A stretch of 64,000 nucleotides of DNA from Candidatus Levyibacteriota bacterium (GCA_038253825.1 JBBSGT010000003.1:463-64462), one strand, 5' to 3'; counted from the first letter of the stretch, positions 30,189 through 41,426 are shown. Notes: generated by a model not told the origin, from the sequence alone. Program-made: numbers and translations.

Positions 30189-31828
30189 ATAAGAGGTTAA
30201 GGAATTATACATATCTTTATCTCACTTCATTAGGAGTAACAATTCTTCTCTATTGGAGGCTTTTTCTCACGTTTTATCAACAAGATGAATGGCAAGCATT
30301 AGGACATTTCAGTGCTCTTGGTTGGAAAGCCATAGGTGAAAATTTAACCCCACTTGATTTACTTTTGGCAAAGGGTCGACTGCTAACTGTAGGTATTTAT
30401 GACTTAATTTTTACGTATGAGCCATATGGCGTCATAACTATTTCAATAATAACTATTCTTCTTCATGCATTAAACGGATTTTTAATTTTTCTTTTGATGC
30501 AAAAAATTTTCAAGAAGAAAATAATCAGTATATTCGCATCGCTCTTTTTTCTGACAAATGCTGTTGCAAATCAAGCTGTGATTTGGTCGGGAGCATCAAT
30601 TGCAATTATCGGCAGCACTACATGTGTCCTCTTATCTATGAGTTATTTTCTCTCATTTTTAGAAAATGAAAAGTATCGTGATTATATTCTTTCATTTCTC
30701 TTTCTTTTTATATCACTACAATTTAAAGAAAGTGCATTGGCAATTATTCCATTTTTTGTTGCCTTTGCTTTTTTTTTGAAATGGAAAATATTACCAAAGA
30801 AGTTTTATCTTATTTCACTTATTCCGCTCATTTACTTCATCCTTTTTCTTACTCTACGTGTTGGAGGATCTTTGGCATCAACACAAAAAGTTGGAGACTA
30901 TGTGAACCAATCACATAACGTAAAAGTAGTAATCGTCGCAAATGGGATAACTTATTTCGTGACCAGTGTTGCACAAATATTTTTCCCTGCTGATTTTATT
31001 TATCCCCTTGCTACCAAATTTTTAAAGGCAGAATATCAATCGTTGTCTGTTAATCCTCAGTTTGATCTTATTTCCCAAACAGTTATAACGGATATGATAA
31101 ATACTCTTGTTAGTCTTCTCTTTCTTGGTTTATTATTTATGTGCGCAATCTGCCGAAAGCAATTAACGCTGTTGTGGTTTTTTCTTGGAATTCTTGCAGT
31201 TACGTTACTTCCTTATATTATTATTCAACGAGGAAGTTCCTATCTCGAATCACGTTATTACTATTTACTATTGGTACCGATATGTGGTTTCTTGGGAATT
31301 ATCTTAACTGCATTTATAAAGTTCAAACAGAAACTTTATTTTATCGCTTTTTCTGTTTTTCTACTTCTATTAATTTCCTCATATGTATTACTAGACCAAA
31401 AAGAGTTGATAAAACAACAGAATTTAGCAGAAACCAGGATTGCGATTCTTCATACTATAAAACAAGAAGTACCATCACTTCAAAAAAAGACTGTTTTTTA
31501 TATTCAAAGTGATCAATCTTATATTCTTCCAACAAATCCACTACCCTTTCAAGAAGGCATAGGGTACACTTTTTTAGAATATCTTCATAATACAAATAGC
31601 AAAATGCTTGATGCACTTCTGATTAATAACTTCTTGTGGGATATAGGTACACAAGGATACAAAACTATTGATGGCTATGGTTATGGTCTCTTTACAGATA
31701 AGTATACTATAGAGAATGCATTAAAGGAAAAAAAGTTTACAAAAGATGCTATTATAGTATTCTACTGGGATAGTAAAAAACAGAAATTACGGAATATAAC
31801 AAAATCGTATCATATAAATAGCCACTAA
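30182..31828 (+). CDS. Polytopic membrane protein, GT-C-like (DE-motif loop)
   Basis: 548 aa, 'FYQQDEWQALGHF' acidic loop after TM1, then more than 10 TM helices and a C-terminal soluble domain. Confidence 0.4.
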   Translation: MVNKRLRNYTYLYLTSLGVTILLYWRLFLTFYQQDEWQALGHFSALGWKAIGENLTPLDLLLAKGRLLTVGIYDLIFTYEPYGVITISIITILLHALNGFLIFLLMQKIFKKKIISIFASLFFLTNAVANQAVIWSGASIAIIGSTTCVLLSMSYFLSFLENEKYRDYILSFLFLFISLQFKESALAIIPFFVAFAFFLKWKILPKKFYLISLIPLIYFILFLTLRVGGSLASTQKVGDYVNQSHNVKVVIVANGITYFVTSVAQIFFPADFIYPLATKFLKAEYQSLSVNPQFDLISQTVITDMINTLVSLLFLGLLFMCAICRKQLTLLWFFLGILAVTLLPYIIIQRGSSYLESRYYYLLLVPICGFLGIILTAFIKFKQKLYFIAFSVFLLLLISSYVLLDQKELIKQQNLAETRIAILHTIKQEVPSLQKKTVFYIQSDQSYILPTNPLPFQEGIGYTFLEYLHNTNSKMLDALLINNFLWDIGTQGYKTIDGYGYGLFTDKYTIENALKEKKFTKDAIIVFYWDSKKQKLRNITKSYHINSH

Positions 31829-31830
31829 TT

Positions 31831-32484
31831 ATGAAGAATACATATAACAATTACTTTAAAGATCACTATAAAAGTACCCATTCAGAGAAAGATATTCTAA
31901 ATTATCAAAAGTGGTTTTATGCGCAATGGCAATTTATTAACTCTAAAATAAATATAAAGGCGCAAAGTAATATTTTAGAAATTGGTTCCGCAATGGGGGG
32001 CTTTTATTCATATTTAGAGTCAAAAAACCCCAATTATTTAGGAGTAGAATTAGATAAGAGTATGGTTGATTTTACTACAAAGTATTTTCAAAAACAAATT
32101 TTTATGAAAAAAAGTATCGAAAGTTTGAAAATAGAAAAGCGATATGATTATGTTTTTGCTTTTGAAGTACTTGAACACTTAGAGAATCCGCTAACAACCG
32201 TTGGAAAAATACATAAATTACTTAATAAGGATAGTATTTTTTGCGGATCCACCCCATATCCTTTTTATAAGAATATTGTAAACGATCAAACTCATTTATA
32301 TGTTTTACATCCAAAAAGCTGGGAAAGAATATTTCTTTTAAACGGTTTTAAAGAAGTTAATTTATATCCAATGTCTTTCCCTCCCTATTTATGGAGAATC
32401 AATAAAAGGCTAAATATAACAATGCCTTTTTTTGTCCCATTTACTCATTTTGTTTCAACATGTTTAATAATAGCAAAAAAATAA
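31831..32484 (+). CDS. Class I SAM-dependent methyltransferase
   Basis: 'ILEIGSAMGGF' motif I and 'FAFEVLEHLENP' post-motif II acidic segment, 217 aa. Confidence 0.6.
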   Translation: MKNTYNNYFKDHYKSTHSEKDILNYQKWFYAQWQFINSKINIKAQSNILEIGSAMGGFYSYLESKNPNYLGVELDKSMVDFTTKYFQKQIFMKKSIESLKIEKRYDYVFAFEVLEHLENPLTTVGKIHKLLNKDSIFCGSTPYPFYKNIVNDQTHLYVLHPKSWERIFLLNGFKEVNLYPMSFPPYLWRINKRLNITMPFFVPFTHFVSTCLIIAKK

Positions 32485-34769
32485 TAATTCTTATCAATTT
32501 TTTTATAATACTTCTAATTATCGCTCTTCCTTATTATCTTTTTGGAGGCAAATTATATATTGGGGGAGACGATACTCGCTTACTCTATGTCTATCCCTGG
32601 GAATTTCTAAAAAATATTTCATTTTTTTCTTGGTATAATTTTTCTTCAGTTGGTTCTTTTAACCCAAACCAATTTACAGTACCATTCACAGTAATTTGGT
32701 CCCTATTGGAACAATTTATAAAATCTAAAATTATTGTAGATTATTTTTCCTTTTCATTACCTTTACTTTTAGGATATATTTATTTCCAAAAACTACTAAG
32801 TGAAATACTTATGACTAAGAGGTATAAGCCTGAAATAATCATCGGAGGTCTCATGTATATTTTTTCACCGATTCTTATTCTTAATCAGTTATCTGTGTTC
32901 CTCTATTCAGTATGGTTAATCGCCTTACTACCGATTATCAGTTATTATTTCCTTCGATATCTGCGATTTGAACAAAAGGCAGATATTCTCAAAGTGTCAT
33001 TGTATAGTGTATGGTTATCGCTTGCACTTTTTTCTATCCCATGGTTATTAGGGTTTGTTCTACCGGTTGGAGCAGGATTGCTTTTTTCTGTTAGATTATA
33101 TAAAAAAAGGGAAATAATTTATTTTATAAAAAAATCACTTGTCTTTTTCATTTTTGTTGTTTTTTTACAGCTATTCTGGTTATTACCTTTTAGTATGACA
33201 TTCCTTGGTGGTGGAAGTAATAGTTTTGGGGGAAATGTGTTGTCGCAACGTGCGGCAGATACATTCAGTGCGACTGTGCTTTCTACTGCAAGTGGAAATG
33301 TGCTATTTCCTTTTATAAATTTATTTCATCGACAAATTGCTTTTGATTACAATTGGGGACTAAAAAGTGTATATGAAGGTTTCTATGACAAAGTGCTTTT
33401 TATTAATGTTATTTATATTTTGCTTTTTTTTGGAGGAGTATTTTTTGCCAAAAATATATTGAATAAAACGGAAATCAGAAAATTTATCACCTTTCTTATA
33501 GCATTTATATTTTCTCTCTTCTTATTTACTGTAAATATCGGTCCTTTAAAACAAGTATTTCTCTGGCTTGGTTTTATACCAGGAATGGTGATGTTTAGAA
33601 ATTTCTATGATAAATTTGCATTGGGTTATACCTTGCTCTTTGCCTTAGTTATGACATATTCTCTTGTAATAATTGGAAAGCGTTTTCCTCAACACAGATA
33701 TCTTTTTGCGTGCATTACCAGCCTTATTATTTTCCTGAACTTTATACCTATTAAGGATACAATTGTTCGACCTTTATGGAAAACAGCAGATATTTATTCT
33801 AATATTAGCATCCCAACTGAATATACAAATTTCATGTATTCTGTTTCGACTTCAGTTCCTGCATCATCAAATATGCTTACTCTACCTTACAATATAGCAG
33901 CCTATTCAATCATCAAGGATACGAACTCCGATAATGTTTTTGCCGGGACGTCTCCTGTTAAAATATTTTCGGGTATAAATGATTTCTCCGGGTATTTATC
34001 TTTTCCTGCATATGAAGCAGGAGATGTTGATAAATATTTTAAAGATAGAGATTATAAAAATTTGCAAGTAATATTTAGAAAATATAATATTTCCTACTTA
34101 TTCGTAACAAAGAATGTCCCTCAAGAGGTGAAAGACTCTTATTTATTTAACAAAACAGCTCTACTTTCTCAGGATGACAATTTTATTCGTGCCATAACAG
34201 ATAAAAAATTACTCACCAGCGCTTCAAATAACTATGAATTGTATTCACTTAAGCAAAAACAAAGTACGTTGCAACCGCAAAATGTTACTTACATTAAAAT
34301 TAATCCTGCTACGTATCAACTACATATATCACATATGAAATTTAAGCAGAACCTTATCTTTCTTGATTCATATCATAAACAATGGAAACTCTACCCATCA
34401 GTCTACCAAAATCGTACTTGGTGTAAAGGCGTTTATCCAACCTCAAAAAATCATCAAGAATGTATTAGTAATCTTACGCTATTTAACAGTAATGTTTTAT
34501 CATTTTTCTTTCAAAACCCACTTTTTACTAACACACATATAATTTATAATCAGCGAAATAATCAGTGGACTATCGATGAGCAAACAATAAAAACATTAGG
34601 AAATGCTTATTATAAAAATAATTCGGATGGTACTATTGATGCGGAATTTATACTCTACTTTTTGCCCCAATCGTATTTTTATTTGGGTGCAATAATCAGT
34701 ATACTTACAATAATTATTTTATCCTTGATTGTGTCTAAACAGCAAAAATCCTATGAGAATATTTTATAG
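32460..34769 (+). CDS. YfhO-like large GT-C membrane protein (paralog family)
   Basis: 769 aa. N-terminal loop 'YIGGDDTRLLYVYPWEF', about 13 TM helices, a large extracytoplasmic domain, 'FLDSYHKQWKLYPSV' in the C-terminal region, and a final TM helix. Confidence 0.45.
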   Translation: MFNNSKKIIILINFFIILLIIALPYYLFGGKLYIGGDDTRLLYVYPWEFLKNISFFSWYNFSSVGSFNPNQFTVPFTVIWSLLEQFIKSKIIVDYFSFSLPLLLGYIYFQKLLSEILMTKRYKPEIIIGGLMYIFSPILILNQLSVFLYSVWLIALLPIISYYFLRYLRFEQKADILKVSLYSVWLSLALFSIPWLLGFVLPVGAGLLFSVRLYKKREIIYFIKKSLVFFIFVVFLQLFWLLPFSMTFLGGGSNSFGGNVLSQRAADTFSATVLSTASGNVLFPFINLFHRQIAFDYNWGLKSVYEGFYDKVLFINVIYILLFFGGVFFAKNILNKTEIRKFITFLIAFIFSLFLFTVNIGPLKQVFLWLGFIPGMVMFRNFYDKFALGYTLLFALVMTYSLVIIGKRFPQHRYLFACITSLIIFLNFIPIKDTIVRPLWKTADIYSNISIPTEYTNFMYSVSTSVPASSNMLTLPYNIAAYSIIKDTNSDNVFAGTSPVKIFSGINDFSGYLSFPAYEAGDVDKYFKDRDYKNLQVIFRKYNISYLFVTKNVPQEVKDSYLFNKTALLSQDDNFIRAITDKKLLTSASNNYELYSLKQKQSTLQPQNVTYIKINPATYQLHISHMKFKQNLIFLDSYHKQWKLYPSVYQNRTWCKGVYPTSKNHQECISNLTLFNSNVLSFFFQNPLFTNTHIIYNQRNNQWTIDEQTIKTLGNAYYKNNSDGTIDAEFILYFLPQSYFYLGAIISILTIIILSLIVSKQQKSYENIL

Positions 34770-35772
34770 AAAATTAGTTATTAATAACTGGACTATTTAT
34801 TTTATTATTCCTATTATTCTATTCCTTTTTGGGGCAGTGAATACATTATTATTAGTATCACCTTTAAGTTTTTCACTTCTTACATATACACAAAAGCCGG
34901 AAATTATTCATATATCTACAAATAATCTATTACTGGAAGGAGAGAATTTTACAGAGCGAATCACAGCGAAGGAAAATAATTTAGGAATTATTGCTATCAG
35001 CTTTTTTAATCCAAACACTATAGCATATTCAGATGAAGATCAACTGGCATTTACTATAAAAGATGTTGCTGTAAATAAAATAGTATACAAAAATTCCTAT
35101 CGTTCGGGACTTTTAACAAGTCTAAAATATTTTCCATTCGGTTTTCCTAAAATAGCTGATTCCAAGAATAAACAATACCAAATCAGTATTGTTTCGCTCA
35201 AGGGAAATACGAATAACGCTTTGCGTATAGATAACAATGCTTTCATAAATCAAGTAAGTTATGATTATTCCAAAAGCGAGATAATAGGAAGTCCTACGAA
35301 ATTTCTATCATTCATAGCCAAAAAGGTCGCTCTTATCTTTAATGATAACCAAATAATGTTTATTACTCTTGAATACTTCATACCTTTATTATTTTATTGT
35401 AGTTTTCTCATTCTCAATAGGAGAGGAAAGACGAATCCGTATATCGCAGAGGTAGTTCTTCTTAGTATCATTCTATACGATATATTTTTAATTGTCCCAC
35501 TTTATACTCTTGTGCTATTTATAATACTTATTATATGGATAGTTCTTGCTATTTGGGATCGGCTCGATAGTTCCGTTAGCTATCTTTTTGCATGTATTCT
35601 CTTTATAATAGCATTGGTTATCCAAAGTGTTCAGTTCATCTCCATAGCAAATAAAGCGTCGGTGTGGGCATTCTTTTTTCTTGTCATTGGAACGGTACAA
35701 TTTCTGAAAGAACTCTCCGGTAAAGAAAAGAAGCGTATAAATATGATTGAATTTATTCAGCATTTGCGATGA
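34753..35772 (+). CDS. Membrane protein (N-terminal TM, extracytoplasmic domain, C-terminal TM bundle), unknown function
   Basis: About 340 aa, translationally coupled between two YfhO-like genes. No recognisable motif. Confidence 0.35.
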   Translation: MRIFYRKLVINNWTIYFIIPIILFLFGAVNTLLLVSPLSFSLLTYTQKPEIIHISTNNLLLEGENFTERITAKENNLGIIAISFFNPNTIAYSDEDQLAFTIKDVAVNKIVYKNSYRSGLLTSLKYFPFGFPKIADSKNKQYQISIVSLKGNTNNALRIDNNAFINQVSYDYSKSEIIGSPTKFLSFIAKKVALIFNDNQIMFITLEYFIPLLFYCSFLILNRRGKTNPYIAEVVLLSIILYDIFLIVPLYTLVLFIILIIWIVLAIWDRLDSSVSYLFACILFIIALVIQSVQFISIANKASVWAFFFLVIGTVQFLKELSGKEKKRINMIEFIQHLR

Positions 35773-37793
35773 AGTTTTTCAAAAATAATTGGTATTATTT
35801 TTTTACAGCAATTATTATTTTTGTTGTTTTTAAGAATTGGTTTGTTCTAGGAACTATCTCAGGAGGGGATTTTATTTATGAGTATCCATCTATGTTTGGA
35901 AATCGTACGCTTTTTCCGTATGCATGGGATTGGAATGCAACAAATGGCTTAGGAGGTTTTGCAGCTCCACTGCAATGGGTGAATACTGTTTATGCAATTC
36001 CTATTTTGTTATTTGGCGTCGGTTTACATCTTTCATGGAATATTATAGAACGCGTTGGATTTTTTTATCCCTATTTACTGATTGGCTTATTATCTTCATG
36101 GTATCTTGCTAGGTCACTTTTTGGTAAATCTTCTTTTTGGATTTTAACACCCTCCTTATTTCTTATAAATACATATGCGTTGATGATGTCGGGGGGAGGT
36201 CAAATCGTGGGAGTTGGACTTGCTTATGCTATTGCACCCTTTGTGCTTGCCCGTTTTATTAATTTATTAGACCAAACTGCTGAAAAGAAAAACAACCTAC
36301 GAAATGCAGTACAGTTTGGCTTAGCTTTTTCATTACTGACTCTTTTTGATATCCGTTTTGCGTATGTTCTTTTTGTCGCGATAATCATTTACCTTTTATT
36401 ACATTATAAAAAAAGTTTTGCAGATAAAGGAAAAAATTTATTGTATTTAATTCTAATTCCTTTTGGATTAACAATTCTTATTCATGCATATTGGCTTTTA
36501 CCACTATTATTAGTCCATCAAGCACCTACGCAGGCACTTGACGTTTCGTATAATTCTACGAATGCTGTTTCATTTTTTAGCTTTGCGAGATTTGAAAATA
36601 CTATTTCGTTACTTCACCCTAATTGGCCAGAAAATATTTTTGGTAAAGTTAGCTTTATGAAACCTGAGTTTCTGATCATCCCACTTTTGGCATTTACTTC
36701 ACTATTATTTATCTCTAAAAAGAAAAAAGACGAATCAAATTTTGTTATTTATTTTGCGTTAATTGGTTTACTAGGAGCATTTTTAGCGAAAGGAAGTACT
36801 GATCCTTTTGGCTTTATTTATCTTTGGTTATTTAATCATTTTCCTGGATTTTCTATGTTTCGTGATCCGACAAAATGGTACACGTTAGTTGCAATTTCCT
36901 ATTCAATTCTTATTCCATATACGATTTGGAAAATATATGAATGCATGAAAGAACTTAAGAAGCTTTCAGTTGTGCATTTTCAGAAACTTTTTTTACTCAT
37001 AACAATTGGTTATTTATTGTTTCTTATTCGTGCTGCATTATTGGGGCAGCTTACCGGTACGTTAGCACACCATAGTGTCCCTACAAATTATCAAATCCTA
37101 GCTCGGAGTGAACAAGGTTCAAATATGTTTTACAGAACTTTGTGGTTTCCAACGACGCAGCGATATGGTTATTCATCTCTAATCCATCCATCAGTTTCTG
37201 CTCAGGATCTTTTTAAAATTTATGATCATGAGAAATTATTATCAATGTTTCAACAAAATAAAACAGAAGAGACAGTGGAGGATTTAGGTGTGCGTTATAT
37301 AATTGTTCCAGATGATTCAGAGAAAGAGATTTTTCTACAGAGCCGTTACTATTCTGAAGAACTTTATCAAAATACATATGCAACTCTTCGCAAAATAAAA
37401 TGGTTGCATGAGGTCAAAGGATTTGGAAGAATTAAAGTATTTGCGTTAGTTAGTTACAAGAACCACTTTTGGTCTCCTGATAAAACTATGCAAGTAACAA
37501 ATACTATGGTAACGCCTGTGGATTTCAAAGTATCAGTTAAGAATGCAAAGAAGGATGATACGTTAATTTTTGCGGAGAGTTACGATCAGCATTGGGTAGC
37601 AACAATCAATGATGAGATCATTCAATCTACGAAGTATAAAAATATTATAAATAGTTTTAATATACCAAAAGACGGTAATTATAATCTTGAGGTAACCTAT
37701 CAGTCACAGAGATGGATACTTTCTGGTGTGATTGTCACAGTAGTTTCTTTAGTTATATCGTTCTATCTATTGTTTTATTTAAAACGAAAATGA
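35769..37793 (+). CDS. YfhO-like large GT-C membrane protein (paralog family)
   Basis: 674 aa. 'SGGDFIYEYPSMFG' loop, TM bundle, 'GVRYIIVPDD' and 'ESYDQHWVATINDEIIQ...NYNLEVTYQS' C-terminal motifs, final TM. Confidence 0.45.
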   Translation: MKFFKNNWYYFFTAIIIFVVFKNWFVLGTISGGDFIYEYPSMFGNRTLFPYAWDWNATNGLGGFAAPLQWVNTVYAIPILLFGVGLHLSWNIIERVGFFYPYLLIGLLSSWYLARSLFGKSSFWILTPSLFLINTYALMMSGGGQIVGVGLAYAIAPFVLARFINLLDQTAEKKNNLRNAVQFGLAFSLLTLFDIRFAYVLFVAIIIYLLLHYKKSFADKGKNLLYLILIPFGLTILIHAYWLLPLLLVHQAPTQALDVSYNSTNAVSFFSFARFENTISLLHPNWPENIFGKVSFMKPEFLIIPLLAFTSLLFISKKKKDESNFVIYFALIGLLGAFLAKGSTDPFGFIYLWLFNHFPGFSMFRDPTKWYTLVAISYSILIPYTIWKIYECMKELKKLSVVHFQKLFLLITIGYLLFLIRAALLGQLTGTLAHHSVPTNYQILARSEQGSNMFYRTLWFPTTQRYGYSSLIHPSVSAQDLFKIYDHEKLLSMFQQNKTEETVEDLGVRYIIVPDDSEKEIFLQSRYYSEELYQNTYATLRKIKWLHEVKGFGRIKVFALVSYKNHFWSPDKTMQVTNTMVTPVDFKVSVKNAKKDDTLIFAESYDQHWVATINDEIIQSTKYKNIINSFNIPKDGNYNLEVTYQSQRWILSGVIVTVVSLVISFYLLFYLKRK

Positions 37794-38002
37794 AACCACA
37801 AGACATAGCATTTATTATAATATTATTACTTTTTCTTTGGAGAAGAAATCCAAAGTATTTACTCATGACAGCGCTTGCCTGTTTTGTTCTGGCAATTCCG
37901 TTATTTCATTTTCTCGTTTTTTTCACTGCAGAACGGCTTGTTATGTATGCCGCGGGATTTTTGATAGTAGCAATATTCTTGTTACTATATAAGCAAAAAT
38001 AA
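37790..38002 (+). CDS. Small 2-TM membrane protein (hypothetical)
   Basis: About 70 aa from the ATG at 37790, which overlaps the upstream stop (ATGA). Hydrophobic. Confidence 0.3.
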   Translation: MKPQDIAFIIILLLFLWRRNPKYLLMTALACFVLAIPLFHFLVFFTAERLVMYAAGFLIVAIFLLLYKQK

Positions 38003-38193
38003 TTAAAAATTTGAGTTTGTTCAATTCTTGCTGGAAAATGAGTACAGATTTAATTTTCGCGATGCAATTGAGAAAAATATAACCTATTTACTCATATCAT
38101 ATCGAAAAGATAGCATGTTGTATCTACATACGTAGTCAATATCCCAGATTTAAAAAACACTTTTTTCGATAAGATGCGATATAATAATTGATA

Positions 38194-39741
38194 ATGTATA
38201 AAAGAATACCGGCATTATTTTACAAGAAGAGCAGGATCATTGCTCTTGTACTCATTGGGATAAATATTATCCTCAACGCTTGGACAGTCTTTCATAAAGA
38301 TATCATCTATAACTCTGACATTGCAAGAGATTTCTTACTTTTTAATGAGATAACACAAAAGAAAATTATTTTAATTGGGCCACGAGCAGATGGCATACAA
38401 GGCTTATTTCATGGTCCTTTATGGCTTTACTTGAATTATCCAGCATATATAATTGGTCATGGAAATCCATTAGTAGTTGGCTGGTTTTGGTTCTTTCTTA
38501 CACTAATTTTTTTACTAGTAAGTTTTATCATTGCAACTAAACTATTTAATAAATCTGTAGGAATCCTCTATGTAACGTTGTTATCTTCAGTAATGATATA
38601 TCATTCCAATGGCCTTTTTAATCCTGATGGAGCAATGTTCTTATTGCCGCTATTTTTGTTTTTCTTTTCATCTTATTATAAATTCAAGAGATTATCATAT
38701 TTAGCAATCAGTTTATTGTTGGTGGGTTTGATGATCCAATTCCAAATGGCAATTGGCATACCCTTTCTTATACTTTCAACGCTACTAACGCTTTATTTGA
38801 TTATTAGAAATAGAAAATACTTCCATACCCTTGCTTTTCTTATAGTACTATTGCCTTTATCTACTTTTATACTCTTTGATTTAAGGCATAACTTTGAACA
38901 ACTACATTCGATAATAAATAGTTTTTCTGGTCATACAAGTGCTCCTCAATTTAGTTTTTATAACAGACTTTCCAATAGAATTGAACTTATGACTTTCCAA
39001 TTATTCTTTTTCCAAGGACAACTGTCTGCATTAAATTTATTACTTTCATACATCATTGCCTTCTTCTTAGGGAAAAGAATTAGCGCAAAAGCTGACCAAT
39101 ATCGTTACTTGTACTTGTTATTTATATATTTTTATCTGGGCTTTTATACTATTTCTCTACTTCAAAATGGTAATCTGCTCTCATTTTTTATATATCCATT
39201 ACTCACATTATTATTTTTATTATTCTCATCAAATTTACTTTATCATGAGAAAAAGTTTTTTATTGCATTGATAATAATAATTCCAATATTGCAATTGATA
39301 AGCAGTATATCCTATATCTCAGAAACAACGAATAATATTAATCGAGTAGATACCTCTTGGCAGTTTCAGCATAACATTGCTTTGAAGATTTTTACTTCAA
39401 ACGATACTAGTTTTGGTTATCTTATCTATGCTCCTGATGTATTTGGTTATAAACAAAAATATGCTTATGAATATACAAAAAGTGAATATCCTAATAAAAA
39501 TGCTACTTTATTCCAAAAACAAAGAATTACCTATGTTGTCGTAGAACCTATACCGTCTAGCCGTACTGATTTGGCTCACGACTATGATAATTGGAAAAAA
39601 GATAAGGTAACCTTCGAGGGAAAACTATTAAGTTCGTATACGTATCCAAACAGTTATAAAATTGAAAAATATCTTCTTACTGGAAAAGAGATTGCTGCAC
39701 CTATAGATCCAGCTTTATTGGATATAATACACTTTAGATAA
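38194..39741 (+). CDS. Polytopic membrane protein, probable GT-C-like glycosyltransferase
   Basis: About 515 aa, 12 or more TM helices plus a C-terminal soluble domain. Followed by a GtrB/ArnC-type GT2. Confidence 0.4.
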   Translation: MYKRIPALFYKKSRIIALVLIGINIILNAWTVFHKDIIYNSDIARDFLLFNEITQKKIILIGPRADGIQGLFHGPLWLYLNYPAYIIGHGNPLVVGWFWFFLTLIFLLVSFIIATKLFNKSVGILYVTLLSSVMIYHSNGLFNPDGAMFLLPLFLFFFSSYYKFKRLSYLAISLLLVGLMIQFQMAIGIPFLILSTLLTLYLIIRNRKYFHTLAFLIVLLPLSTFILFDLRHNFEQLHSIINSFSGHTSAPQFSFYNRLSNRIELMTFQLFFFQGQLSALNLLLSYIIAFFLGKRISAKADQYRYLYLLFIYFYLGFYTISLLQNGNLLSFFIYPLLTLLFLLFSSNLLYHEKKFFIALIIIIPILQLISSISYISETTNNINRVDTSWQFQHNIALKIFTSNDTSFGYLIYAPDVFGYKQKYAYEYTKSEYPNKNATLFQKQRITYVVVEPIPSSRTDLAHDYDNWKKDKVTFEGKLLSSYTYPNSYKIEKYLLTGKEIAAPIDPALLDIIHFR

Positions 39742-39849
39742 AGAGAAAGAGGTTAATAATCTTTTCTTTTGAACCGTTTGCTCCTTTTCCCACTATTTTT
39801 CGATAAATAGATTTGTTGTTTTCGGAGACAACATGGTACAATTATCGGT

Positions 39850-40803
39850 ATGATTAGTGTTATTGTCCCTGCGTGCAATGAAGGTGAAGGAATTCAGGCA
39901 TTTTATGATGAAATGATGAAAGTCATGCCTGGGGTAGATAAAGACTACGAAATAATCTTCATTGACGATGGTTCTACTGATAATACTTTGGAAATTCTCA
40001 AATCTTTTGTTCACCAGAATCACCATATCCGAGTCTTTTCTTTCAAAAGAAATCGTGGCAAAGCGGATGCGCTCGCCTATGGCTTTTCGTGTGTGAAAGG
40101 TGATATTGTCATTACCATGGATGCAGATCTCCAAGATAAACCTACACAGATCGAAAAATTCATCGCCAAACATAATGAAGGTGCAGATGTCGTATGCGGA
40201 TGGAGAAAAAATCGAAAAGATAAATCAAAGATGGTTGTCATTTCCAAATTATTTAACTGGATTATCTGGAAATTGTTTGGTCTCCATCTCCATGACATTG
40301 ATTGTGGTTTTAAACTCTTTACCACAGAAGCTGCGAGGAGTCTCCACATTTATGGGGGACTTTACCGATTTATTCCGTTGCTACTTTATGAAAATGGTTA
40401 TGTCGTTGATGAGGTAGTTGTCGAACATGATGTACGAAAATTTGGACACTCCAAATATGGTTTTTCCAAAGTCTGGAAAAATTTGCCTGATCTTTTTACA
40501 ATGATATTTTTAGTAAAGTATAGTAAAAGACCTTTGCATTTTTTCGGTATTGTGGGAGGTTTATTAGTGCTCATTGGTTTGATCATCCTTCTGGACTTAT
40601 CCTATTTACATTTTACCGGACATACAATTTCTCGAAGACCAGCTTTGGTTTTGAGTATGTTATGTATAATTGCTGGTTTACAAACATTCTTTACCGGTTT
40701 TCTTGCAGATCTTATGATTAATATTTCCCATACCACTGGTTCTTCAAAGAATGAAGAGGCTCATTTTCCTCTCAAATATGCAAGCGATATGGTAAAAGCT
40801 TGA
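39850..40803 (+). CDS. GtrB/ArnC-type GT2 polyprenyl-phosphate glycosyltransferase with two C-terminal TM helices
   Basis: 'ISVIVPACNEGEGI...IIFIDDGSTDNT...TMDADLQDKP' plus C-terminal TM hairpins (FFGIVGGLLVLIGLIILL..., LVLSMLCIIAGLQTFFTGFLADL). Confidence 0.75.
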   Translation: MISVIVPACNEGEGIQAFYDEMMKVMPGVDKDYEIIFIDDGSTDNTLEILKSFVHQNHHIRVFSFKRNRGKADALAYGFSCVKGDIVITMDADLQDKPTQIEKFIAKHNEGADVVCGWRKNRKDKSKMVVISKLFNWIIWKLFGLHLHDIDCGFKLFTTEAARSLHIYGGLYRFIPLLLYENGYVVDEVVVEHDVRKFGHSKYGFSKVWKNLPDLFTMIFLVKYSKRPLHFFGIVGGLLVLIGLIILLDLSYLHFTGHTISRRPALVLSMLCIIAGLQTFFTGFLADLMINISHTTGSSKNEEAHFPLKYASDMVKA

Positions 40804-40839
40804 TGAGCATTATGCTACAATAAAATGTGAAATTGCATT

Positions 40840-41373
40840 ATGAAAATCGGTATCGACATATCCCAACTTGCCTATGAAAGAACTGGTGTTGCGAACTATC
40901 TAAGGTGCCTTGTTGAGCATTTATTGGAAGTTGATACTGAAAATGAGTATATTCTCTTTTTCTCATCTATGAGAAATAATTTTCAATTTCCCAATGTCAA
41001 TTTTCAATCAAAGCCCAATGTTTCGATTAAACGATTTAAATTCCCTCCTACATTGCTGAATATCCTCTGGAATAAATTGCATGTTATGCCGATTGAAATA
41101 CTTATTGGTGATGTTGATGTCTTTATAACTTCAGATTGGACAGAACCACCAGTGAAGAAAGCGAAAAAGATGACTATTCTTTATGATCTGATTATCTATA
41201 AATGTCCACAAGAGACGGCAGCGCAGATTATTGCAACTCAAAAGAAAAAATTGGAATGGGTAAAGAAAGAATCTGCTATGATTTTATGTGTCTCAGAAGC
41301 GACGAAGCGAGATGCGGAAGATATTTTGGGAATTGAAAAAGATCGGCTAGCGGTTGTTTATCCGGGAGTGTAG
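40840..41373 (+). pseudogene. Truncated GT4 N-terminal-domain fragment (177 aa), paralogous to the full-length GT4 just downstream
   Basis: Begins like a GT4 (MKIGIDISQLAYERTGVANY), ends '...RLAVVYPGV*' at the inter-domain junction and lacks the whole Glycos_transf_1 domain. The next gene repeats the same architecture in full. Confidence 0.5.
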
Positions 41374-41426
41374 AAGTTGTTTGAAATCCTACCGCTTTGC
41401 TCCAGGATGAGAGAGAATAGAAAAAT

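Noticed and set aside
39742-39850. Imperfect AG-rich/CT-rich inverted repeat (aaagagaaagagg...tcttttctttt) after 38194..39741, considered as a terminator.
   Set aside because: Pairing needs several mismatches, and it is not followed by a clean U-tract in the right register.
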